Shown: positions 13,176 to 30,143, counted from the first letter of the stretch. The stretch is DNA of 64,000 nt from Octopus vulgaris (GCA_951406725.2 OX597819.1:27590001-27654000), one strand, 5' to 3'. Notes: generated by a model from the letters alone, not told the origin. Numbers and translations are program-made.

Positions 13176-13585
13176 CTTTTCTACTATAGGCACAAGGCCG
13201 GAAATGTTTTAGAGGAAGGGTTCTAGTCGATTACATCGACCTCGAAAAGATGAAAGACAATGTCAACACTAGCAGTATTTGAACTCAGAACGTAAGGACT
13301 GACGAATTACCGCTAAGTGTTTCGCCCGGTGTGCTAAGGGTTCTGCCAGCTCACCGCCTACGATTTGGACGTAATATTAGCAAGCTGGGAGAAACGTTAG
13401 CACGGCGGGAAAAAATGCTTAGCGGCGTTTCTTCCGACTTTACGTTCTAAGTTCAAATGCCGCCAGGGTCAACGTTACTTTTTATGTTTTCGGGTTCGAT
13501 AAAAGATGAACACTGGGGTCGATGTAATCGACTAACCCCCTCACCCGAATTTGCAGGCTTTGTACATATATTAGAAATAATTATT
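13176..13585. mobile_element. Two divergent SINE family B copies head to head
   Basis: Minus copy 13176-13359 and plus copy 13382-13585. Confidence 0.75.
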
Positions 13586-13739
13586 ATTATTAAAATTAGA
13601 ATTATTATTCCTCTTTTTTTCTGCAATTGAAGAAGCCAATTGTCTGTTCTACCTAAGAAACCCCTACTTTCTCTTAGCATGCAATAAATAGCAGCCACAT
13701 CGCCCTCAGGTCATACACCTCACTTTCTAACCATTTGTT

Positions 13740-13784
<45 letters not shown>

Positions 13785-14786
13785 AGAAACGTGGAACACA
13801 TTTGATAGCTATGTCCGATTAAAATGACATGATGGTGTGATGGTCACGGCTAGAATGCCTTTCGCGATGACGTGATGGTGAGGATTAAACAACCAATACA
13901 TGAAACCAATACAGTTCGATTCGTCATACAAATTAACAGATTTCTCATACCTCTTGTAAACACATACACTAAAACTGACTAATTCTACAAAGCAAATTCA
14001 ACGGTTACTGACTAATCTAAGAAGAGAAACAAAGATTATGAATAACATGAAGAAATGACAGCAAGAACCAACCTTGAAGAATTGTTCATATTCGATATTT
14101 ATCAACAAGTCTATGACTAATGATGCTTATTGTTTATCAGAAGCAGTCATATTTTTTTTATATAATAACAATGCTTTTCTCTCTGTATCGCTAGTAATCG
14201 CTTCTCTCTCTCTCTCCCTCTCTCTAATATGCATATGTGTGTGTGTGTATGCATGCTTGCATGTATATATATATGCATGTATGTATATTTGTATGTATGT
14301 ATGTTTGTATGTATGTATGTATGTATGTATGTATGTATGTATGTATGTAGGTATGTATGTATGTATGTGGGAGTCTGTGTATACATATGTATGGATGGAT
14401 GTATGTACTCCATGTATTTATTCGTTCCCATACATCATACGTATATGCATATATACAGACAGACAGACAGACAGACAGACAGATTGATATGTACATCCAC
14501 TCTTACACACACACATGCACATACATATCTATACATACTTGCATACATATATACATACATACATACACACGCATTGTCTGTAAATATACATATACACATA
14601 CGCACGAATATACATACAAGCTTACACATCCATACATACATTTACATCCAGTCATCCTTCCGATCACACACACACGCACACACACACACATACATACACA
14701 CATACATACATACATACATACATACATACATACATACATACATACATACATACATACATACATACATACATACATACATACATACA

Positions 14787-14819
<33 letters not shown>

Positions 14820-15049
14820 CACTGTCGAGAACTTTCATATGTACGAAAATATACTTCAAGAACATGAATCATCAAGAAGTGAGCTACAGGCTATCATATC
14901 TTTTTGAACTTGGTGTAATATTCTTTATGACAAACACATCATTATTTACACCGTTCATACAAAAATATATACGTCCGTACAAGCATAAAGACATACGCAA
15001 ATAGATACGCGAGTGTATGCACACTTGCATGAGTATAAGCAAATACGCG

Positions 15050-15116
<67 letters not shown>

Positions 15117-15390
15117 AGACAAACATGCACACATATACATACAACAGAAAAATCAATATATGCGTACATATATATATATATGTATACACATGTGTATGCG
15201 TGTGTGTAGCTAAATGCGCTTATACATAGATACATATAGAAACATACATACATATATATTTATATATATTGATATATTTTATACGATATATATTATGTAT
15301 GTATGTACATATATATATATACATATATACATATATACATATACATATATACATATATATATATATATACATATATATATACATATATAC

Positions 15391-15436
<46 letters not shown>

Positions 15437-15438
15437 AC

Positions 15439-15469
<31 letters not shown>

Positions 15470-15541
15470 CATATATACATATACATATATACATATACAT
15501 ATACATATATACATATACACACATATATATATACATATATA

Positions 15542-15600
<59 letters not shown>

Positions 15601-15616
15601 ATATACATATACACAC

Positions 15617-15650
<34 letters not shown>

Positions 15651-15877
15651 ATACATATATATATATACAACAATTGAGGGTAAAATTAATTAATTATTAA
15701 TCAATTTCACCAAGTATTCAGTTTGTGGCAAAGTAATTTATTTTACTAAGCCCTTTATAAAATATATATATATACATATATACATATACATATATATATA
15801 TACATATATATATATATACATATATATATACATATACATATATATATACATATATATATATACATATATATATATAC

Positions 15878-15908
<31 letters not shown>

Positions 15909-15919
15909 CATATATATAC

Positions 15920-15978
<59 letters not shown>

Positions 15979-16248
15979 TAAATTTATATATAAATTATGG
16001 TGGTGTCTCAGACACCTTTATTTTTAGTTATATACATATATGTATATATATATATACACACACATATACATATATATATATATACACACATATATATATA
16101 TATACACACACATATATATATACATATATATATACATACATACATATATACATAAATAAATACATATATATATATATACATACATACATAAATACATTCA
16201 TACATACATACATACATACATACATACATACATACATACATACATACA

Positions 16249-16280
<32 letters not shown>

Positions 16281-16297
16281 CTTATATATATATATAC

Positions 16298-17530
16298 AGT
16301 CGACCATGGTATGATCTGTCACAAACTGCGTGGTCTCGGCATAGGCGGAAAACTTGGAGAGTGGCTGCACAACTTCCTAAAAGACAGAAGACAAGCAGTT
16401 GTGAGCAATGGAGCCACCTCCAAGGAAACACAAATAACAAGCGGTGTTCCCACAGGGCACTGTCTTGGGGCCACTGCTGTTCATAGTTTCCCTTTCAGAC
16501 ATGCCTTCAGTTGCTACGATGACCACCCTTGCTAGCTATGCAGATGACACAAAAGTCTCCCACACAATACAAAACCCTGAAAATATTGCGCATCTGCAAC
16601 AGGAGTTGGATAAAATATACAGGTGGGCTGAGGACAACAACATGCAGTTTAATGCAGGTAAGTTCCAGGCCCTGCGCTACCGGCACACAAAAGTACACGA
16701 CGTGCAGACTGGATACACTAGCCCAGGAAGAATTGCAATCCCTGAGTCAAAATCAGTGCGTGACTTGGGCATTGACATGAGCAATGATGCATCTTTCCAA
16801 GTGCACATTACTAATCTGGTGATAAAATGCAGACGGCTAGCTGGATGGATTCTCCGAACTTTCAGAACAAGAGAGAAGGAGACTCTGATGGTCCTCTGGA
16901 AAACATTCGTCCTCAGCCGCTTGGACTACTGCTCCCAACTATGGTCACCACACAATATAAAACTAACAGCAGAACTCGAAGCAATTCAGAGAAGCTACAC
17001 AAAGAAGATCGTCTCAATACAAAATATCAGCTACTGGGAAAGACTGAAAGTATTAAACCTCTTCTCCCTAGAGCAGAGGCGGGAGAGATATGCGGTGATA
17101 TACATCTGGAAAATCCTGGAGGGTCTTGTCCCAAACTTTGGCATTCAAAGTTACCCCAACCGCAGAACGGGGCGACACTGCATGGTGCCAAAGATTCCAA
17201 CATCGCCATCAAAATACAGGTCCAGATACTGCAACAGCTTGGGTTTCAGAGGACCACAGCTCTTTAACATCCTCCCTAAATGCCTGAGAGACTTAGATGG
17301 TGTGGATGTGGGTTTCTTTAAAACTAAACTGGATCTCTTCTTGTTGGGAGTCCCAGATGAACCTACCTCACGACAGGAGACGCGGATGCGGGCAGCAGCA
17401 TCGAACTCCCTTGTTGATCAAGTGCCACGTATCAGCGGTGGATTCACATATAGTGTAGCTCATTCAGCGATGGTGCTCCAGCATGGCCGCGGCCTTCAGA
17501 CTAAAACATTTTAAAGGATTTTAAGGATTT
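16298..17530 (+). mobile_element. 5'-truncated CR1/L2-group LINE: RT C-terminal half plus 3' UTR and tail
   Basis: [18 protein letters not shown] (one frameshift near 16450), YADDTK, RDLG, SRLDYCSQLWSP and SYWERLK motifs; tail (ttttaagga)n. Confidence 0.92.
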
Positions 17531-17715
17531 ACACACATACATACATATATGTGTGTATGTGTGTGTGTGTGTGTGTGGTGGGTTAGACTCCCACGCCGAT
17601 AGGAAAGCCTTTTTTCTGTCGAGGGCTTACATGCCTCTTTATTAGACCATTTTCCTTAGTCACTGCACGGTGAACGCCATAAGCTTTAGGCTTATATAAA
17701 AATACCATTATTATC

Positions 17716-19130
<1,415 letters not shown>

Positions 19131-19301
19131 GTATATATATATACATACATACATACATATATATATATATGCACTAATATATACACATATATATATACAT
19201 TTTTATTTGCATTTAGAATGTATATAAATTTATATACGAAATACGCACACACACAGACACACACAAACATTTTCCTTTTCATCAATTCATAGTTATATGT
19301 A

Positions 19302-19357
<56 letters not shown>

Positions 19358-19419
19358 CACACACATATGTATGTGTTGCATATATTAATACATGCACACT
19401 CTTACACACACTTCCTATG

Positions 19420-19476
<57 letters not shown>

Positions 19477-19743
19477 AGAGAGAGAGAGAAAGAGAGAGAG
19501 AGTGAGAGAGAGAAAGAGGGAGAGAAAGATATGGTGGCGAAAAGGCTATCGAAGTCCGTTTTGAAAACATGGCTGCGCGCACGCCGTGCGTGTGTGTGTG
19601 TGTGAATATAATCAATAAACATGTATATATACATGCATATATATATATTCATACATTTTCCTATATATATGCATTTATATATATACTTATGTATGTATGT
19701 ATACATTATATATATTATATATTTATATACATATATATATAAT

Positions 19744-19799
<56 letters not shown>

Positions 19800-20125
19800 C
19801 ATACATACATATATATATATAAATCTATTGATTAATAAATAAAGAACTGTTAGTGTGCCAATAACAAGCAGCATCCCTAAAAAAAGATGAAAGGGTCATG
19901 ATGAATTAACTCCACCCTTTCATTTTACGCGATATTTTTCATGCCCTAACTCGCCACCCCACCCCTGATTTTCTATCTCTCCCTTTCAGTCTTCCTCTCT
20001 CTCTCTTTCTATCTCTCTCACTCTCACTCACTCTCACTATCAGAACTAGACACACAAACACAGGCACACAATGTATCTTGCACTTTACAAACACCCTCTT
20101 TGCTGAGCTTCATATAGACTTTTAC

Positions 20126-20216
<91 letters not shown>

Positions 20217-20400
20217 TAGAGAGAGAGGATGAGACAGACAGACAGGTCTAGATGGGGAGAAGAGTACATCTTTCTGACAGAATTTTTTCTATCTTTTTAT
20301 CTATCTATCTAGTTTGTCGTCTATTTGCCTATTTACATATTTACATATATATATATTTATGCGTTTTCCTATCAATACCTACGTACGTACGCACATACAT

Positions 20401-20620
<220 letters not shown>

Positions 20621-20646
20621 ACATACATATATTTGTTTGTGGTTGC

Positions 20647-20683
<37 letters not shown>

Positions 20684-20776
20684 AACACACACACATATAT
20701 ATATATATAATATATCTATGTTCTTTCTCATTTTCTCTGTCTCTGATACTCTTTCCACTGTCTGTCACTTTGTATC

Positions 20777-20845
<69 letters not shown>

Positions 20846-20958
20846 TTATCAATCTGTGGGGAGAAGATATTTGAATTTTTTCTATCTTTTTATCTATCTA
20901 TCTAGTTTTGTGCGTCTATTTGCCTATTTACATACATATATATATATTTATGCGTTTC

Positions 20959-20991
<33 letters not shown>

Positions 20992-21490
20992 GACACTCAT
21001 ACTTATACATATACATACATATATATATATGCATATATATATGTATGTATGTATGTATGCATGTATGTATGTATGTATGTATGTATGTATGTATGTATGT
21101 ATATGTGTATGTATGTATATGTGTATGTATATGTGTATGTATGTATATGTGTATGTATGTATATGTGTATGTATGTATATGTGTATGTATGTATATGTGT
21201 ATATATGTATATGTGTATATATATATGTGTGTATATATATATGTGTGTATATATGTATGTATGTATATATGTATGTATGTATGTATATTTACAAGTACAG
21301 ATTTATATAAACGGACATTTTAGTTATGCGAGCATACTTTCTGCGTGCGTATAAATATACATTTATAAATGCGAATGTGAGTGTATGTTTATATATATAT
21401 TAAACACAAACACACGCGCGCATGCAGTGTATTTGTGGATGTGCATGAGTGTGCATAGATATGCATTTATATATTTTTGTATGTGTGCTT

Positions 21491-21521
<31 letters not shown>

Positions 21522-21883
21522 CATATACATTATATTGTTATTTTTCATTTGACCTGCTCGCTTACGGTCTTAGTGTGCTAATTTTTTTTCCTGAGAACAA
21601 TTCTTAGTGGTTGAGTCCCTTTGCGGATCTATATCTAGCGTAAGAGCGTCCACATAGTGGATTCTCTCTCATATTTGTGTATATATATATAAATAAATCT
21701 ATAAGTATAAATTAATAATTTAAAACATTTCTTTTAAATTTTTAACTTTTAATTTAAATAATTTAAATTTTGAATATTATATTTTATATATTTTGTATAT
21801 TATATTAATTAATTTTTTTTCTACGTTTTGGTTTATGTTTTTCACTGTTTGATTTGCCTAATAGTGGTTTTATCTCTAATTTA

Positions 21884-21961
<78 letters not shown>

Positions 21962-21964
<3 letters not shown>

Positions 21965-22296
21965 GGCGCATGGCTCAGTGGTTAGAACGTCGAGCTTACG
22001 ATCGTGAGGTTGTGAGCTCGAATCCCGGACTGGGCTGCGTGTTGTGTTCTCGAGCAAGGCACTTTATTTCACGTTGCTCCAGTTCGCTCAGCTGTAGAAA
22101 TGAGTTGCGACGTCACTGGTGCCAAGCTGTATCGACCTTTGTCTTCCCTTGGATAACATCAGTGGCGTGGAGAGGGGAGGCTGGTATGCATGGGCGACTG
22201 CTGGCCTTCCATAAACAACCTTGCCCGGACTTGTGTCTAGGAGGGTAACTTTCTAGGTGCAATCCCATGGTCATTCATGACCGAAGGGGGTCTTTA

Positions 22297-22300
<4 letters not shown>
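21962..22300 (+). mobile_element. SINE family C, full length, inside (TA)n
   Basis: gaaggcgcatggctcagtggttagaacg...gctcgaatcccgg head; (TA)n on both sides. Confidence 0.9.
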
Positions 22301-22381
<81 letters not shown>

Positions 22382-22943
22382 CTCTTATGATAAAAGGCAG
22401 ATTTTCTCTGCCTCTGACATAGTTTGTTTTTAATACAATTGTACAATATAGAATTTCTTCAATTGGAATTTACCTATGATTTTTCGAAGTTGATTCGATT
22501 GGGTCATGGCATATCAATTTTTTTCAATTTGCCCCCCAATTAAGCAAAATTTCGAGAAAACTAAATATTTTACGATTTGCCTCTCTCATATCAACTGCTT
22601 CACTCTTTCTATTACCACACTTTCTCCTACTTTCTCTTTGCAAGTGTACTTTAAACCACTACTCAAAAAAATACACAGGAAACAGAAACAAATAAATACA
22701 TAACGATTTACTCCTCACGCAATTTCTTCAATTGGAATTTACTTTGATTTTTCGAAGTACATTCCATTGGGTCATGGCATTGAAATTTCTTTCAATTTGA
22801 CCCCCAATTAAGCAAAAATTCGAGAAAACACAATATTTTACGATTGGTTTTTAATTTACTTTCTGTCGCTAAGTTTTCGTAGTATTAATTTGCGAGCGTA
22901 CTTCAGTTGTCAATTGTTGAAAGAAAAAAATTGTAAGCTGAGA

Positions 22944-22986
<43 letters not shown>

Positions 22987-22990
22987 CGTG

Positions 22991-23043
<53 letters not shown>

Positions 23044-23161
23044 GAAGTGAAGGATAAAAATATGGCAAGAAGTGGACAGATGTACATATATACATACATA
23101 CATCCATACATACATACCTGTGTGTGTGTGTGTATGTATGTGTATTAATGTGTGTGTGTTA

Positions 23162-23540
23162 TCTCTCTCTATATAAAGCTGAAGTTGTCTGTGTGCGCCA
23201 GGTTTGGTAGCCTTCAACTAACACTATCTCCTCCGAGACCCTGCGGCGCAAGTTGGCCAAAATTGATAGTATGATAGAAGAAGGGTTGCTCTTCCTTCCG
23301 TACAAGATAAAATTCAAATCGGACCATGTTAACACCAAACATTATTTACATCAAAAAGGTGCTTTTTTATATGAAAATCCCTATTTTTTACGATTTTTGA
23401 CTGCCGTGTCACCATTTTTCGGTGTATTTCAACTGGAAAAATGGTCATTTGAAGAGAATAATGCAAAATTTTTACTTTTCAAAAATTCCAATTCTAAAGG
23501 GTCGAAACAAACCCAAGCAACAGCGGGGGGTGATACTGCT
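23162..23540 (+). mobile_element. Non-autonomous Helitron-like element
   Basis: 5' tctctatataaag and a 3' GC-rich hairpin remnant (cccaagcaacagcggg...ctgct); similar 3' end on the minus strand at 53196-53228 (actagcagagatacccggtgttacttggga). Confidence 0.5.
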
Positions 23541-23695
23541 TGTATATATATATATATAAATGAGTAGATGTGTGTATGAATACATTTCAATGTCTCTCTG
23601 TGTATATGCATGTTGTTTAACACTTTGTAAACACACACAAACATTCAAATTTGTATATATGCATACATATATACATATATACATACATAATACAT

Positions 23696-24000
23696 ATCTA
23701 TATATATAAAACTGAGAATGCGTGTCTGTTTGTCTGCGTGAATCCCTAAAACTTGAGAACTACATAACCAATTACATTCAAATTTTACACATGCCTTACT
23801 TAGGGTCCATGGGGTTAGGGTCGCGCGCTCTGAGCTCCGTAGGGATGACTGCTCACCGCCACCAGCCGACCACTTCACTTCACTTCACTTCACATATGCA
23901 TTAGCGTTTTAAGCATGAAAACATGAAATAGAATTACATCGAAAAGGAAATTGTTTTGCGAACAACGAAAGCAACAGATGTAAAAACAAGACAGGCAACA
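23696..24000 (+). mobile_element. Helitron-like repeat, 5' part; second copy at 29887-30125
   Basis: tctatatatataaaactgagaatg...gaatccctaaaacttgagaactaca...cacatgccttactta shared by both copies. Confidence 0.6.
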
Positions 24001-24784
24001 TAAAAAGCATGTGTGTGTATGCATGTGTGTGTGTATATATGTGTTTGTGTATATATGTGTATGTGTGTATATATATATATGTATGTGTATGCATGTGTGT
24101 GTATATATATGTATGTGTATGTTTGTGTGTGTATGTGTGTGTGTGTATGTATGTGCGTGTATATGTATATGTACATATGTGTATATGCATGTATGTATAT
24201 GTGTATATATATGTATGTGTATATATGTGTATGTGTGTATATGTGTATGTGTATATATGTTCATGTGTATATATGTGTATGTATGTATATGTATGTATGT
24301 GTATGTATGTATGTGTATGTATGTATGTGTATGTATGTATGTGTATGTATGTATATGTATGTATGTGTATGTATGTATGTATGTGTATGTATGTGTATGT
24401 ATGTGTATGTATGTTTATGTATGTGTATGTATGTATGTGTATGTATGTATGTGTATGTAAGTGTATGTGTATGTAAGTGTATGTGTATGTAAGTATATGC
24501 ATGTATATGTATGTATCAATATGTATGTTTGTGTATGTGTATATGCGTATGCATATAAGTACAATCTCACGTACACATATGCAGCAGCATTTTAGGCAAC
24601 GAAAACATGAAATACGAAAACATGGAAGACGACCTTGTTTTTCGAACAACGAAAGAAGCACGACAGGCAACTTAAGAACAGCTTCCCAGTTATCGTCTGT
24701 TTTATCCAATCCGCATTTCGACAAAATGCGTCTTCGTCTCAAACTGTCGCTCCTGTTTCGGTTAAAATAAATTAAAGATTTTTG

Positions 24785-25048
24785 TTTTACTTCTTTCAGT
24801 CATGCTGGAGCAACGCCTTTCTTCGAGCATATCGGCCCCAGGACTTATTCAATGTAAGCCTAGTACTTACTCTCTTCGTCTATTTTGCTGAACCGCTAAG
24901 TTACGGCGTGTTAAATACTGTCACACAAACATACACACACACACATATATATGTGTATATGTCTGTGTATGTTTGCGTATGTATGTATGTGTATATATGT
25001 GTGTGCATAATATCAAGCGATATTGAGGGGACAAACACTGACACACAA

Positions 25049-25145
<97 letters not shown>

Positions 25146-25280
25146 TATACATTCGACCGGCTTCTTTTAGTATCCATCTACCAAATTCACTCACAATGGT
25201 TTGGTCGTCCCGAGGCTCTAGTAGAAGATCTTGCCATAGGTGCCATGCAGTGGGGCTGAACCCGGAACCATGTGGTTAGT
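24785..25280 (-). mobile_element. SINE family A
   Basis: Reverse complement of family A with an expanded internal microsatellite. Confidence 0.8.
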
Positions 25281-25448
25281 AAGGAATTTATATTTATATA
25301 TATAGATATAAAGTATTAATAGAAAGAGTTATATAAAAACCAGAATATAAAATACATGTCTTAGGCATAAAATATGAGAAAAGATGAGATATGAAGGTGT
25401 TATATTCTTGAAAACTGCTAGAATTGAACTTGTACGTATGAATGTATA

Positions 25449-25480
<32 letters not shown>

Positions 25481-25841
25481 CGAGAATTTTAATAGAGATA
25501 AAGCTTCAGTACAACTGTTATTTCGCCCGTATATTAGCTAAAGATTAATAAATTTGATATCCGAGAAAAATTTCAGATATTTGTCTTAAAGTATTCAGAA
25601 AAGCAAATTCAGAATTCAGATGTAAGACATGGGGTATTATTGCATTCGAATATCCACATATTTATATTAAGAGTCTGATGATAAGCATATAGAAATATAT
25701 ACCTGAAATATATAAAATATATAAAGGCAAATTCAAAGAGGCAATTGAGAGTATTATTCCATACCTGCAGCTGTGTCAGAAAAGTTTTAACGGGTTGTCG
25801 GGGTTCCTTTCTCCAGGTAAAATCCAGCAAGGCGGCATAAC

Positions 25842-26661
25842 ATGGTCCGATTTAGTAATGAGGATTACTGAGAAATTAAAACGATTGACTGGGAAACGTT
25901 TACTTAATCATGCAAATGATAGCTTATGGGAATGTTCCATATACTACTATATACTACTATAACCAAGGAATACTTATATACAGTGGCGAAAATATATTTA
26001 AGACAGATGATAAAAGTTCGATTTCTTATAAAATAATGGTGACCCCCTTCGGTCAGACACTGAACATGGGTTTGCACCTAGAGAGTTACCCTCTGAGGCA
26101 CAAGTCTGGGCAAGGTTGTTTTATGGAAGACCAGCAGTCGCCCATGCATACCGGCCTCCCTTCTCCACGTCACCGATGTTGTCCAAGGGAAAGGCAAGGG
26201 CCGATACAGCTTGGCACCTGTGACGTCGCAACTCATTTCTACAGCTGAGTGATGGTCCGATTTAGTAATGAGGATTACTGAGAAATTAAAACGATTGACT
26301 GGAAAACGTTTACTTAATCATGCAAATGATAGCTTATGGGAATGTTCCATATACTACTATATACTACTATAACCAAGGAATACTTATATACAGTGGCGAA
26401 AATATATTTAAGACAGATGATAAAAGTTCGATTTCTTATAAAATAATGGTGACCCCCTTCGGTCAGACACTGAACATGGGTTTGCACCTAGAGAGTTACC
26501 CTCTGAGGCACAAGTCTGGGCAAGGTTGTTTTATGGAAGACCAGCAGTCGCCCATGCATACCGGCCTCCCTTCTCCACGTCACCGATGTTGTCCAAGGGA
26601 AAGGCAAGGGCCGATACAGCTTGGCACCTGTGACGTCGCAACTCATTTCTACAGCTGAGTG
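25842..26661. repeat. Near-perfect 410-bp tandem duplication
   Basis: Units 25842-26251 and 26252-26661; one difference noticed (25893 g versus 26303 a); explains the identical 112-aa ORFs. Confidence 0.95.
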
Positions 26662-27890
26662 AACTGGAACAACGTGAAATAAAGTGTCTTGCTCAAGAAC
26701 ACAACACGCAGCCCGGTCCGGGATTCGAGCTCACAACCTCACGATCGTAAGCTCGACGCTCTAACCACTGAGCTAAATTTAACGCTAAATTAATATAAGC
26801 GTTTCAAATTTACCGGCAAAATTAGTTTAAGACCGTATCATTTTAATTTTATTTAAAGCTTAAGAATGTAGCAAAGGTGAGCCACAAGAACGAAATACAT
26901 ATTAGTACTTTGTGTTGTAGTCTTCATTCTTAATAACTAGTGAACAACGCCTCGACATTGAATTCCCTAAGTGATTACAAAATTCTATGGGAATGTTTTG
27001 CCATATTTCATTGATATAATCGAATAATTGTTTTAGATTAGATGTTTTTTTAGCATAATTCCACAAGTTCTCGATCGGATTTAGGTTCGGGCTCTGGGGA
27101 AGCCATTCGATTACGTCAATGTTATGGTGATCAAACAATTCCATAACCTTTTTGGATTTGTGCACAGGACTATTGTCCTGCTCATAAAAAGCCCCCGGAG
27201 GCATTTGGTGAGTCAAATATGGCACATTATCCTTTATTAGATTCATAAAACCTACACTATTTAGCTTTCCATCAACTTTAACTAGAGGGCCAACACCAAA
27301 GCTACTAAATACCGCCCCCCGCCCCGCGCCCCCGCTTGCGTCGTCTTTTTCACGCATTTCAGATGGAATTCCTCGGTTGGGCGACGTCTGACATGTTTTA
27401 CCATCTGATCCAAATATTCAGAAGCGTGACTCGTCACTCCAAAGGACCCTGCACTAATCTTCGGCTGTCCATTGAGCATGGCTTTTTGCGAAATTAAGAC
27501 GTTTGAGTCGTCTTTTTCGGATATTATTGGCTTTTTCCTAGCGATTCGTCCATGTAGTCAAAATTCTCTCAAACGGTTGCAGGCGGTTTATGGTGTAAAA
27601 ATAACATCATTCTCGTTGGACAACTGTTCACAAATGTCAACGTCTGTCAGCATTCAGTTGCCTTCCGAAATTCGGTGGATTCGACGGTCCAACTGCGCCA
27701 TCGTTTTTCTTGGGGCGCCAGTCCTTTGCCGATTTTTATATTGACCAGTCTCCGAAAATAACTTCCACGCTTGCACGCAAGCCGTTTTACTGCACTTTAG
27801 TAGTTTGTTGATGTTCGAAAAGGAAACTTTTTGCTTCTGAAATAACACGATTTTTGCTCTCTTAACTGGACTGAGGCTACGTTTCTAGTC
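26391..27890 (-). mobile_element. Decayed Tc1-family DNA transposon
   Basis: HTH region (RTGAPRKT...DRRI, 27654-27848) and DDE motifs QDNSPVH and WLPQSPNLNPIENLW (26902-27357), frameshifted; TA|CAGTGgcgaaaatatattt TIR-like end at 26391. Confidence 0.85.
26447..26773 (-). mobile_element. SINE family C inserted in a Tc1 end
   Basis: Reverse complement of the 21962 copy; its 3' part is duplicated at 26037-26251. Confidence 0.88.
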
Positions 27891-29880
27891 CTATTTACCT
27901 TCTTTGGTGGAAAGTGAAGAAATTCACCAACCCAGAGCCAGAGATAAATATGCCTGTTATTAAACCTTTTATTCGCGTCTTCCAAATCACCTTTCTTGCA
28001 ATTGCTACTACGATGAGAAAGCAATTCTTACCTTCTTGCGATAGGAAATCCGGTGGGTCAATTTTTACTATTGACTCAGTAGATAACTGTACTCTTCCTG
28101 TACTAGACAATAGTCGGCATAAACCCACACATCTGAAACCACCGAACACTGAACAATAGCATGCGGGACGGTTTCCCTGACTCGCCCACATCTTGGACAG
28201 GTCGGTGGGTTAGGGCCACCATGATTGCGAGTTTGTCCCGGACAGGTAAGGCTCCTCGGTAACATTGTCATGCCAAACACGTCTGGAAGTTATCCAGTGT
28301 ATTCGGCCCGAATGTACGTTGGAACAGATTGGCCAGCTGATTATTTTCGAGACCTAGGGCTTCCCCAAGCTATCGTCACATTTCGCCTCTACCAACCCTC
28401 TATTGAAGAATGTGGTAGAACCACTACCGCAGGTGTTGCTCGAGAGAGGGAATATCCGGAGAGTCTTACGACATTCCGTTTACCAACTTCGATCTACGAT
28501 AGAACCAGATCTCCAGTCCACCGAAGCAAATGAACTTGGGAAACAACTGTTTCGCCAGCGGGGACACACCTGGTCACCATCCAGACGGAACCACAGAGGC
28601 CACGACCTCAGCGCGTGCCTGCGCATCATCAGCCAAGGCATCCCTAGCCCACCCATTAACGGTTGTTGGCAGCAAATAGAGCGTCTCACAAGCGTATTCG
28701 AACTCTTATACAAGAAGCGGAAGAGCTGTCTTTCCAGCTTGCTCAACCACGAATCAGGGCAGAGAACGACGGTTAGGCGGTAAGTGATGACCGATGCGAT
28801 GAACGCATTGGCCATCTCCGCCCTCCCCAGCTCAACTTTCGCAGCAATGGCTCAAGAGCCATTACATACCAAAGCGGGGAGAGAGAGGATACCCTTGACG
28901 AATCGAGTGTTTGAAGCTGAGCGGCTTAGATAAAAAGCCGTTCACCCGAACTACCGAGTCGGTGTTGTTATAAATTTCAATGATCCACCCGAGGAAGCTA
29001 ATACCCAGGCCGAAATGTGCCAGAACGGACACCAGGTAATGATGGTCTACCCTATCAAAAGCCTTTGATTGGTCTAAATCAACCACTGTCCCTCCTTTGC
29101 AAGAATCATTATGAAACCCTTCTACAGTGTACTGTAGAAGATGGAGATTATCCTGAATAGTTCTACCGGGAAACGGCACATGCCTGTGCCTTCCCGATCA
29201 AGCCATCCGCTACACGCGCCAATCTTTTCGAGAACACTTTAGCCAAAATCTTCAACTCTGTGTTTAGCAGAGTGATGGGCCGAAAATTATCAATGCAGTC
29301 CCCCGTTGTTCGGGTCCTTTCTGACAACCATCACCACTCCCCGGCGCACAGATCTGGGATCGAACCCATTCTGCTGCCAGTTCGCGTAAACATTCGCCAG
29401 CAGGTGCCCGACCAAGTCTGGCATACTCTTATACAGTTCATAGGGTAGATCATCCAGTCCCGGTGCTTTACCCGCGTCGCCCTTCACAACACTCCGCGTC
29501 AAGCTCCGAGAGGCGCGGCAGCCCGGCAAGGAAATCCGTTAGGTCCCTCTTATTGTCTGGTCCGCTCCCCCACCCCGAAAAGCTGGGCGAAGTGCTACTG
29601 AAAGACCTCACGCACCTCTTCGGGCTCGTTTATCAACTTACCTCTTTGGTTCATCAAAGATCGAATTGTGTCATCGTTGTCACGTTGGGCTTCCTCCACA
29701 CGGACCCATCCTGTTGCCTTGATTCCTTCACAACCCAATGTACGAATCCTGGCTCCAACAATGCAACCCATATATTGGGCTTTGAGATGCTGGTTTAACG
29801 CCAGTCTCTTGGCCGTCACCTGAGCTACAGAGCCAGATCCCATTGCTTCCTCCAAGTCCTTAGCTAATGCTAATCCCTTC
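27890..29880 (-). mobile_element. L1/Tx1-clade LINE ORF2 remnant
   Basis: GKAPGLDDLPYELY, PGRTIQDNL, LDQSKAFDRVDH, RQGYPLSP, GGLGMP and the C-terminal CPRC...ETVPHAIVQC zinc knuckle; multiple frameshifts and an internal deletion. Confidence 0.88.
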
Positions 29881-30143
29881 CTAGTATATCTATATATATA
29901 AAACTGAGAATGTGTGTGTGTGTGAGTGTTTGTCTGTGTGTGTGTGAATCCCTAAAACTTGAGAACTACACAACCAATTTCATTCAAATATAACACATGC
30001 CTTACTTAGAGTCCATGTAGTGTCATGGGCAAAAAAATGTTTAACTTTGCCTAGGGCGGGCCCACAGCAATATCATATCTTCTCCACTATTTCAGTATTA
30101 CGTGTTAAAAGTGAAATAAAAACATCTCCTTATGTATGTATAT

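Noticed and set aside
25854-25904. agta-atgagga...gaaacgtt-tact as a hammerhead
   Set aside because: The 3-8 positions are unpaired and there is no credible stem II.
25910-26658. Two identical 112-aa ORFs as a duplicated gene
   Set aside because: They run across a transposon end and an antisense SINE; the identity comes from the 410-bp duplication.
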